Shown here in pieces: positions 1 through 9,774 of a stretch of 57,203 nt of DNA (its first letter is position 1; each line of letters opens with the position of its first letter). The position numbers were made by a program, and so were the translations under genes. Under the pieces are notes generated by a model. The model made no database searches, was not told the origin of the DNA, and worked only from the letters and a program-made list of their open reading frames with translations. Source of the DNA: Octopus sinensis (Eukaryota); NCBI RefSeq assembly GCF_006345805.1, contig NW_021833640.1, positions 1 to 57,203 of the forward strand, in the 5' to 3' direction.

Positions 1-2
1 CC

Positions 3-506
3 TACGAGAGTTCCGTACCCCAGTAATGAACTCATTTGCATACAGCCAATCAGAGCTCACCTTGACCTTGTTGTCAAGTTAACAAACTCAAGACGAAGAA
101 GGGTGTTGTAAGTCGACTGATCGCTAAGTTATGCCTGGTCTTAGAAGGAGACAAGTTATTAAATTGATTTGCATCTATACCTATAATCGGATTTTATTAG
201 GGCCCCATATGGTTAAGATGTTGATGGGAAAAAATGTGGGTAGAGGGTGATGTTCTAGCAACCCTCTCTCCTTGCTGTTTTACAAAGTAAACAACAACAC
301 AAATAACTTCGCAGAGGCAGCCATGGTTGAAACAAGAACAAGAACAACAAGCATTATTAAAAGAATAAAGAATCATGGTCGTTCCTTACCCAAGTGACCC
401 TGTCTTATTGCCTATCACTTGCTATGCGCTCATAAATTAGATTGATAGTTGAGCTCTGGTTGGCTGTTTGCAAATGAGTTCAAAACTGGTGTCCGGAACT
501 CTCGTG
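3..506. mobile_element. MITE-like element with 56-bp imperfect terminal inverted repeats
   Basis: 3-58 (tacgagagttccgtaccccag...cagagctc) is the reverse complement of 451-506 with 7 mismatches in 56. The left arm may extend beyond the window start, so no TSD can be checked. Confidence 0.6.
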
Positions 507-528
507 CAAAAAAAAGTTCGTGGATACA

Positions 529-565
<37 letters not shown>

Positions 566-979
566 CACGCACGCACACACGCACGCACAACAGGCAAAAT
601 TACCGTCAACCAAATTCTATCCAAATATTACCGATCGACTGTAGACTAATGAGAAAAACAAGCACATTCCTTTCCTCAAGGGCCGTTCTCTGCGCTCGAA
701 CTCGAAACCACGTAGTTGCGATAAATATATCATAAGATATATAGGATGGTCTCGGATGGAACGCCTTGATTTTAGGTCTGCTCAATCAGGTCTGCTCAAC
801 GAAGGAATAACGAACTACAATTCCAACACCAGAATATCTGTCACTGATCATAATCGACGTTTTACCATTAGTCCTCGATTTAAGCATAATCTCATCCAGC
901 TACAGGGACCAGGCCCTCACATGCCAAGCTTTATAAACCTCAGGGCCACACCAAATATAATTCCGATACTTTATATTTT

Positions 980-1338
980 TTTTTTATTCTTCTACAGGTT
1001 TCAGCCATTTGACTGCAGCCATGCTGGAGCACCGCCTTTAGTCGAGCGAATCGACCCTAGGACTTATTCTTTGTAAGCCAAGTACTTATTCTATCGGTCT
1101 CTTTTGCCGAACCGCTTGTTATGGGGACATAAACACAACGGCACCAGTTGTCAATCGATAGTGGGGGACAAACACAGACGCACAGACAGTTTCTGTCTAC
1201 GAAATCTACCTACTCTCAAGGCTTTGGTCTGCCCGCGGCTTTAGTAGAAGACACTCGCCGAAGATGTCACGTAGTGAGACCGAACCCAGAACCATGTGGT
1301 TGGGAAGCAAGCGTGTTACAAACAGCCACTCCTGCGCC
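980..1338 (-). mobile_element. tRNA-derived SINE family A
   Basis: Minus-strand head GGCGCAGGAGTGGCTG; body and tail match about 10 other copies in the window (e.g. 16374-16790, 51056-51475). Confidence 0.85.
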
Positions 1339-1689
1339 TAACAGACATGATATTTTCTTTGATCGTGGTCAGTGGTGGCGTAATATTTGCAGCAGGTATA
1401 CCATTAGAGATGTCTAAGCCGCATTATTGTCATATAAGTCATAAAAGCAAAACACTAACCCCACCCCAGAAAGTATATGCTGATTCTCGTCTGCTTGTGA
1501 GTTTTATTCTGTCACGTTACCCAAACATTATCGATCTCTTCTTCTAAATGGTATTAAATGGCGCTAATATGTGTACACATTTAAGAAAGAGTATCAGATA
1601 TGTTTGTTTGAATTATTTCATGAAAACGAAACAAAAAAAAGAGTCGACGAAATACATTTGCAATATTATAAAAGTAAGATGAATAACAC

Positions 1690-1792
1690 AGGCGCAGGCG
1701 TGGCTGTGTGGTAAGAAGCTTGCTTCCCATCAACATGGCTCCTGGTTTAGTCAACTAGAACCCTCGTCGTCGGAACCGACGGAGTGTCACGA
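1690..1792 (+). mobile_element. Chimeric SINE fragment (family A head joined to family B 3' tail)
   Basis: ggcgcaggcgtggctgtgtggtaag head, followed directly by aactagaaccctcgtcgtcggaaccgacggagtgtcac, which is the family B tail (compare 13430-13470). Confidence 0.6.
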
Positions 1793-1996
1793 CAGTTTAT
1801 ATTATGCATAGATATGATGTAAAGTATAGAAGCCATCTTAGCATGGCTAACCACATAGGGGAGGAGGTGTTACTGTAGCTTTATAGCCCCAAGAGATCGT
1901 CGTCTCCAGCTGGCTTTAGATATGATATGTAGAATATATTATGTATATGTCTTACATAATATATATCATAATAAATTTATACATATATACATATAT

Positions 1997-1997
<1 letters not shown>

Positions 1998-2040
<43 letters not shown>

Positions 2041-2044
2041 TATC

Positions 2045-2095
<51 letters not shown>
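1998..2095. repeat. (ATC)n microsatellite followed by (TA)n/(TG)n compound tract
   Basis: Direct inspection; source of the poly-I/S/D ORFs in the track. Confidence 0.95.
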
Positions 2096-2127
2096 GTTTT
2101 TAACGTCCGCTTTCCATGCTAGCATGG

Positions 2128-2192
<65 letters not shown>

Positions 2193-3182
2193 ATGTATAT
2201 ATATATATATATAGATATATGTGTGTATATATATGTATATATATGTATGTATATGTATATATTATATATATGTATTATGTATATATATATATATACTACA
2301 TATATATATATATATACATACATATATAGATGTATGTGTATATATGTATATATACGTGTGGTATATGTATATAAATGTATATATATATATATATAACATA
2401 TATAGATGTATATATTTATATGTATATATGAATGTATGTATATATATACATGTATATGTATATATATATGTGTGTGTATCTCTTATTATAAAAGGCAGAT
2501 TTTATCTGCCTCCCTTTGGGAGTTATACAAATCTACAATATAGGATTTCTTCAATTACAATTTACCTTGCATTTTTAAGAGTACAATGCATCGCGTCATG
2601 CCAGGTCCAGTTTTTAAAATTTAAACTCCAGTTAAGCAAAATTTACAGAAAACTCACATTCTGGTGTGTGTGTCAAAGCTTTCTTAGTCTGGTTTACACC
2701 ACACCAAAACGCACACACACAGTGGGCAACGAAAAAATGAAAGTAATGACTTACTGTAGTGAGTGATTCTTTCACTCTGCCCCACTTCCGTTTCCACACA
2801 GACACGCAAATATATAATAAAATTGTAAGCTAACGTGCGTGGGTGTGTGTGTGGGTGTGCGCGCGTGTGTGTGTGTGAGGTTGCGTGGTGTGTGTGTGTG
2901 CGTGTGCGTGAGTGTGTGACAGGAAAGTTTTTTTTTTACGACGAATATACACCTATATCCAAGTAGCAGAAAGATAAGACAGTAAGGTGTGATTTGAGGG
3001 AGATTTGGCTGCTATTTCTACCATGTCAGCTGCCATGTGGGGTCTTCCCTCATAGGCTTCATACATACATATATACATAGATAAGACAGTAAGGTGTGAT
3101 TTGGGGGAAATTTGGCTGCTATTTCTTCCAGGTCTAGCTGCCATGTAGGGGTCTCCCTCATAGGCTCATACATACATATATA

Positions 3183-3409
3183 TATTTCTTTACTACCCAC
3201 AAAGGGCTAAACACAGAGAGGACAAACAAGGACAGACAAACGGATTAAGTCGATTACATCGACCCCAGTGCGTAACTGGTACTTAATTTATCGACCCCGA
3301 AAGGATGAATGGCAAAGTCGACCTCGGCGGAATTTGAACCCAGAACGTAACGGCAGACGAAATACGGCTACGCATTTCGCCCGGCGTGCTAACGTTTCTG
3401 CCAGCTCGC
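3183..3409 (-). mobile_element. tRNA-derived SINE family C (Nin/Deu-like central domain), present in Helitron copy 1 only
   Basis: Minus strand gcgagctggcagaaacgttagcacgccggg...cctttcggggtcgataaattaagtaccag...ttgtgggtagtaaagaaata; absent from copy 2. Confidence 0.85.
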
Positions 3410-4043
3410 ATAGATAAGACAGTAAGGTGTGATTTGGGGGAAATTTGGCTGCTATTTCTACCAGGTCTAGCTGCCATGTAGGGGTCTCCCTCATAGGCTC
3501 ATACATACATATATACATAGATAAGACAGTAAGGTGTGATTTGGGGGAAATTTGGCTGCTATTTCTACCAGGTCTAGCTACCATGTAGAGGTCCCCCCCT
3601 CATTGGCTCATATATTATATACATAAGACAGTAAGGTGTGATTTGAGGGAGATTTGGCTGCTGTTTTACCAGGTCTGTTAGGCCTTCTCATGTAAACTCA
3701 AAGCTTTCTCATGCCTTCAACATATGACCAAAGCAGAGAATGTAATTCTTTTATTCTTCTGCTTTTTCCAGCCATTGGTCTGTGGCATGCTGGGGCAAAC
3801 GCCTTTGAAGAATGGTAGTTAATGATCAACTCCAGTTTTATTTTGTAAGCATTGTACTTATTCTATCTGTTTCCTTTGTCAAAACCAAGGTGACAGGGAT
3901 GTAAAACAAACCAACATTCGTTGTCAGCAGTGGGGAGGACAATCACAAGCACAGACACGCACACCACACACACATACATGCAGACACATATACACACAAC
4001 ATACATACTACATAGATATATATGTGTGTATATATATATTGCA

Positions 4044-4295
4044 CAGCGTGGAGGGTGTTTGTAAGCCATTTAAGAAACACACAAAAAACCGTTAGATTCA
4101 CTTCAACATTTAAATTTAATTTGCCAAAATATTTTCGTCGCTTTCAGACCGCGACCTGTTCACTGACAAAATATCGTGCTAACAGTCACGGTCTCAAAGC
4201 GACGAAAATATTTTGACAAATTAAATTAAATGTTGAAGTGAATCTAACGGTTTTTGTGTGTTTCTTAAATGGCTTATAAAACACTTCAACGCTGC
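4044..4295. mobile_element. Foldback/MITE (~115-bp arms, ~20-bp loop) captured in Helitron copy 1
   Basis: aagccatttaagaaacacacaaaaaaccgttagattcacttcaacattt... is mirrored by ...aaatgttgaagtgaatctaacggtttttgtgtgtttcttaaatggctt. Confidence 0.8.
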
Positions 4296-4453
4296 AACTG
4301 TTTTCGTTCCAGCACACGATCTCAGATCAAGTCACTTGCTATGCAAGTACAATCTCTGTACTATATTTATTTAATATATATATATATAATGTATATTGGT
4401 AAAAACAGTAAGATAACAAAAGAAAAGAGACCTCAATATATGAAAAGAGGAAA

Positions 4454-4841
4454 TCTTATATATAAAAGTGAGGTTGTGGTCTGTCTCCTACGATTTAGAT
4501 TCCTAACTACTCCACATTTTTGCGGTGCAGTTTAACCAAAACCGGGTATCTTATAGTCGTGATTCCTATCGAACCGTCTGGGTATTAGCGCGCGTCTACG
4601 ATGAGTCTACGATTTAAAAAAAATTTACCATCAATTTTTCCCATTTTTAATCCATTTTTGACATATATAAGGGAATAACTTCTAAAAATTTATTATTAAA
4701 TCTCAGAACGTAAAAAGCTACAGTAACACCCCTCCCCCTTTGTGGTTAGCCATATTGAGATGGCTATTATACTTACATCTCTAAAAATGCTTATATAATT
4801 ATTTCCTTACAAACCCGAGCAACGCCGGACGATACGGCTAG
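4454..4841 (+). mobile_element. Short Helitron forming the 3' module of composite copy 1
   Basis: Has its own A|TCTTATATATAAAAGTGAGG 5' end, plus the hairpin-CTAG 3' end. The equivalent in copy 2 is 6531-6920. Confidence 0.7.
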
Positions 4842-4847
4842 TGTATA

Positions 4848-4969
4848 ATAAGTGTATAGAAATATATCATGGTGAGAAACCACTAGATAGATTTCTTAGA
4901 TGGTAAAAAGAGCATGTAAGAAAACCACTTGGTGGTTTTCTCGCCATCTATAAATTTCTATACACTTAT
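4848..4969. mobile_element. Mini foldback element between the two Helitron copies
   Basis: 4848-4884 ataagtgtatagaaatatatcatggtgagaaaccac pairs with 4931-4969 ggtggttttctcgccatctataaatttctatacacttat. Confidence 0.6.
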
Positions 4970-4972
4970 ATA

Positions 4973-6920
4973 TCTCTTATTATAAAAGGCAGATTTTATC
5001 TGCCTCCCTTTGGGAGTTATACAAATCTACAATATAGGATTTCTCAATTAAATTTACCTCGCATTTTTAAGAGTACAATGCATCGCGTCATGCCAGGCCA
5101 GTTTTTAAAAATTTAACTCCAATTAAGCAAAATTTACAGAAAACTCACATTCTGGTGTGTGTGTCAAATGCTTTCTTAGTCTGGTTACAAACCACACGCA
5201 AACGCGCACACACACAGTGGGCAACGAATAAAATGAAAGTAATTGACTTACTGTAGTGAGTGATTCTTTCACTCTGCCTCCCACTTCCTCTTTCACACAC
5301 ATAGACACGCAAATATATAAATAAATTGTAAGCTAACGTGCGTGTGTGTGAGTGTGTGTGTTTGCGCGTGTGTGTGTGTGAGGGTGCTGTGTGTGTGTGT
5401 GTATGTGTGCGTGTGCGTGAGTGTGTGACAGGAAAGTTTTTACGAACGAATAACACCTATATTCAAGTAGCAGAAAGATAAGACAGTAAGGGGTGATTTG
5501 AGGGAGATTTGGCTGCTATTTCTACCATGTCTAGCTGCCATGTAGGGGTCTCCCTCATAGGCTCATACATACATATATACATAGATAGACAGTAAGGTGT
5601 GATTTGGGGGAAATTTGGCTGCTATTTCTACCAGGTCTAGCTACCATGTAGAGGTCCCCCTCATTGGCTCATATATATATACATACATAAGACAGTAAGG
5701 TGTGATTTGAGGGATATTTGGCTGCTGTTTCTACCAGGTCTGTTAGGCCTTCTCATGTAAACTCAAGCTTTATCATGCCTTGAACATAAGACCAAAGCAG
5801 AGAATGTATTCTTTTTATTCTTCTGCTTTTTCCAGCCATTGGTCTGTAGCCATGCTGGGGCAATGCCTTGAAGAATTGTAGTTTAATGAATCAACTCCAG
5901 TTTTATTTTTGTAAGCATTGTACTTATTCTATCTGTTTTTCCTTTGTCAAACCACTAGGTGACAGGGATGTAAACAAAACCAACATTCGTTGTCAAGCAG
6001 TGGTGGAGGACAATCACAAGCACAGACACGCCCACACAACACACATACATGCAGACACATATACACACATACATACATACATACATAATATATATATGTG
6101 TATATATATATGCAGCGTGGAAGGTGTTTGTAAGCCATTTAAAACACACAAAAACCGTTAGATTCACTTCAACATTTAAATTTAATTTGCCAAAAATTTT
6201 TCGTCGCTTTCAGACCGCGACCTGTTCACTGACAAAAATATCGTGCTAACAGGTCGCGGTCTCAAAGCGACGAAAATATTTTGACAAATTAAATTAAATG
6301 TTGAAGTGATCTAACGGTTTTTGTGTGTTTCTTAAATGGCTTATAAACACCTTCAACGCTGCCACTGTTTTCGTTCCAGCACACGATCTCAGATCAAGTC
6401 ACTTGCTATGCAAGTACATCTCTGTAACTATATATATATTTATATATATATATATATATATGTATATTGGTAAAAACAGTAAGATAACAAAAGAAAGAAA
6501 GAGACCTCAATATTATGTAAATAGAGGAAATCTTTATATAAAAGTGAGGTTGTGTGTCTGTCTCCTACGATTTAGATTCCTAACTACTCCCACATTTTGC
6601 GGTGCAGTTTAACCAAAACCGGGTATCTTATAGTCGTGATTCCTATCGAGACCGTCTGGGTATTAGCGCGCGTCTACGATGAGTCTACGATTTAAAAAAA
6701 ATTACCATCAATTTTTCCCATTTTTATCCATTTTTGACATATATAAGGGAAGTAACTCTCTAAAATTTATTATTAAATCTCAGAACGTAAAAAGCTACAG
6801 TAACACCCCTCCCCCTTTGTGGTTAGCCATATTGAGATGGCTATTATACTTTACATCTCTAAAAATGCTTATATAATTATTTCCCTTACAAACCCGAGCA
6901 ACGCCGGGCGATACTGCTAG
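4973..6920 (+). mobile_element. Composite non-autonomous Helitron, copy 2
   Basis: A|TCTCTTATTATAAAAGG at 4973; CCCGAGCAACGCCGGG hairpin and CTAG|T at 6917-6921. Confidence 0.8.
6112..6362. mobile_element. Foldback/MITE captured in Helitron copy 2
   Basis: gcagcgtggaaggtgtttgtaagccattt ... aaatggcttataaacaccttcaacgctgc inverted arms. Confidence 0.8.
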
Positions 6921-7665
6921 TATATATATATATATGTATATATATGTATATATATAATACGTATATATATATATGTATATATATATATCTGTGTGTATAT
7001 GTGTATATATAAATGTATATATATATATGTATATATATATGTGTGTGTGTGTGTTTCAAATAAAATGTATATTAAGTATATATTATTTTTTTGATATATT
7101 TCAAATATATTTGCGTGTGTGTACATAAAATGTATTTTATTATCACACGCATATTTGAGACAATTTTAAAATAATATATGTACATGTGTGTGTATATATC
7201 TTCGTGTGTTTCCGTGCATGCGTGCGTGTTAATGTATATCTGTAGCAATTTTTCTTTGATGCAAGAGAATTCTAATAGCTGAACATATTTCCAACAAAAT
7301 GTACTTAATGTTGTTTCGTTGTTGTTTTTCTCAAATATTTTATATTTCGTGTCAAGTTAGAAGACATAAAATGTACTCAAATGTTTTGGGTGTATTACAC
7401 ACATTAGCTAAGTTTGCTGAGAACTTATGACAGATAATTTCAATGTTAACAGAAAAGGCAACTAAAAAAAAATTACTTTGGCTGCAAGCCAATGTATGCA
7501 AAAATATCAGAGGTCAAAGCGACATCATGAAAGACCCGACTCTAGTATTGTGTATGGAAAACATCTCGGACTCTCAGAGCATGTGCAACTTGATAATGTA
7601 TAGACAAAGGAGCATACAAATACAAATAGCCACTCGTAATTAACATTCTCTCTTCTCTTTCGCAA

Positions 7666-7939
7666 TCTCAGACGCACACTTGTATCGAACGGGCTGGTAG
7701 CCGATGACTATTCAAAGGCGTGAATCACTACAGCTTAACACGGGATCTTGTACCTGCTGCGTTTCCGACTTGGGCCGAATCGATTCCTTCTTAGACAACC
7801 TAGTCCTGAGAGCCCTCTCCAACACCGTATTGATGCCGATCACTTTAGAAGACCGACTGCCAGAATTCCCATCCTCAATCCGCCAAACCAACCAGGCCAC
7901 TGAATAGCTGAGTTACAGGGGCGTGCCACAACTCCAAGT
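7666..7939 (-). pseudogene. 7SL (SRP) RNA-derived copy, probably a pseudogene
   Basis: Minus strand reads ttgtggcacgcccctgtaactcagcta (Alu domain), tcggcatcaatacggtg, aggttgtctaagaagga, ggcccaagtcggaaacgcagcagg (helix 8 SRP54 motif), cccgtg...gtagtg, ccagccc...cgata. These are colinear with recalled human and Drosophila 7SL. About 19 nt appear deleted at a TCGG microhomology, helix 8 has substitutions, and no T-run terminator follows. Confidence 0.8.
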
Positions 7940-8129
7940 TTTATGAAAGATAATTGTAAAACCTGTAATTCTTTTCTGATGTAATGAAGGAAATGTACAA
8001 AAGTTCCCAACCAGAATAAGTTTTTTCTTATTCCATCATAAGATTATGAATTAGGTTCTTCTCAAAACAATTACAATTATTGTCGATAATCACAATTATT
8101 GTCGATAATTCCAATTTATATCACCATAC

Positions 8130-8315
8130 TGGAACACTGGTACTCCGTCGGTTACGACGACAAGTATTCCAGTTGATCTGATGTACATGTGGTTGACCCC
8201 TCTACAGACACACGTAGTTTTGAGGGATATTCCGTATGACACTAAGTGTGACAAGTTTGGCCGTTTGGATTACAGGTACTACTCATTTTTGCCAACTGAG
8301 TGGACTAAAGTAACT
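8130..8315 (-). mobile_element. Degenerate SINE fragment (family B-type tail, different core)
   Basis: ctccgtcggttacgacgac tail and ctcatttttgccaactgagtggact; related to 12520-12690. Confidence 0.55.
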
Positions 8316-8329
8316 CATGTCCTTATGAT

Positions 8330-9075
8330 TGCGGGCCGAATACCTTGACCACTAATCCACACACCTTCATATTGGAATATCGTCATAATCATATGACATG
8401 TCTGCAGATGCTTCAATATAAAAGGGCTTGACAATGGGCACTCTGCCGAGTCATAACACATGCAAATGGAATTTTGTCCATAAGCGTTCGAAAACCTTTT
8501 TTTCACTGCGTGCATCAAAATCACATTCATCAATGAACATGGGGTCTTTTATGAGAGATACAAAAGAGTGTAATTTAGAATGAAGCCATTTAAAGCTGAA
8601 TAGTTTCCCAGTGTTGCGGTAGCGTATCTAAATACTCTACGAGAAGTCATTGAACGTGACTGGTTGAGGCTGTTCTGAAACGTATAGCAAGTTGACTAGG
8701 AGCAATTATATAACCCTGTATTACACCACTACTGATTTTAAAAAGGGTTTCAGCATTCTCCACTAATTATAACTCATGCTCTTGTACCATTGCACATAAC
8801 ACATCACGATTCACTGAATCAAAGACCTTTGTGAAATCATTGAAGCGGAGACACAAGTCAAATCTCTGTTCAATACATTTCTGTCGTTGTTGACGGGCAG
8901 AAAATATCATTAGTTCTCGTTCACTGTGAAAACTGATTGATATTCTCAAAAGAGAGATATCCCTACATGTTGAAAGGGCCTATCCAAAAGTTATTCTGCT
9001 CAACATTTTTCCTACAGCACTGAGGAGAAAAATGCATCGAGGATTATTGCATATGATTTCAACTCGTTTTCTTTG
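8330..9075 (-). pseudogene. Degenerate RTE-clade LINE reverse transcriptase fragment
   Basis: Minus-strand translations: NNPRCIFLLSAVGK (cf. NYRGISLLSxxGK) and MIFSARQQRQKCIEQ...FNDFTKVFDSVNRD (cf. MIFxxRQLQEKCREQ...FxDLTKAFDxVxR). Frameshifted. Confidence 0.75.
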
Positions 9076-9277
9076 CTGTATCTGTGCAGCAATGAATTTT
9101 TTTCAATTTTAAGGAACTATAGCGTCTTCCCACATTTTAGATATACGATTGAGCAAAAGATCCACTTTTGTCCGATCGTATTCCCACTTAGTCTGAGCCC
9201 CACATTCATATGGACATATATAATTTCATACGTACCCACGTACATACACATATATACACATCCCCCTATTCAGAGAC

Positions 9278-9309
<32 letters not shown>

Positions 9310-9479
9310 TAGCATTAAATACCCGTCGTTGCCGAGTCATAGTGCTAGTGCATGTATATATGTGTATATATATGTGTACATATTACATGTACATCTATAT
9401 ATATACATCTACACATAAAATACAAAATACAAAGTTATATCTTGATATCGCTACTGATAACAATACTCAAAATATATAA

Positions 9480-9774
9480 CAGACTGGAATTGTTAGCCCG
9501 TCTCTTGTAATTTCGATCAATTGTATCTTGTCCTCCCTCTTGTATAGAAGTGTGGCTACAATCCAGCCTACCTTTACTTGGGGGGGGGGGATTTCAAATT
9601 TTTTCCAGGACGTCCTACGTCCCAGATATATAGGTAAAAATAAAATATTTCCACTTTGCAAGTTCGAGTCGAGTACTCCCTTGCACGCTCCGTTGACTCG
9701 AACCTTGCTTCTATTGATTAGATATCTTTCATAGTCGCACCAAGACACTTTTCGAAGGTGCTTTCCTCCATGTG
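9480..9774 (-). pseudogene. Older decayed ORF1 of the same family, interrupted by the 9775-11548 insertion
   Basis: Translates EESTFEKCLGATMKDI*SIEARFESTERAREYST and, after a frameshift, FLPIYLGRR...IPPPQVKVGWIVATLL. This aligns with EIEKCLGDIM...TVEVRCATEEIAASLAT...WPSYKGRR...IPPEVKTEWLATAIL of the 468-aa ORF. Confidence 0.7.

Larger units (their letters stand above)
2479..4841 (+). mobile_element. Composite non-autonomous Helitron, copy 1
   Basis: A|TCTCTTATTATAAAAGG 5' end at 2479; subterminal hairpin CCCGAGCAACGCCGGA, then CTAG|T at 4838-4842. Colinear with 4973-6920. Confidence 0.8.

Noticed and set aside
1922-2766. ORFs of 66-181 aa rich in YI/VC/poly-S/poly-D, and similar ORFs at 14.7-15.3, 22.6-24.9, 38.2-38.6, 47.7-48.7 and 51.5-52.2 kb
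   Set aside because: Translations of (TA)n, (TG)n, (TACA)n and (ATC)n microsatellites, open in several frames.
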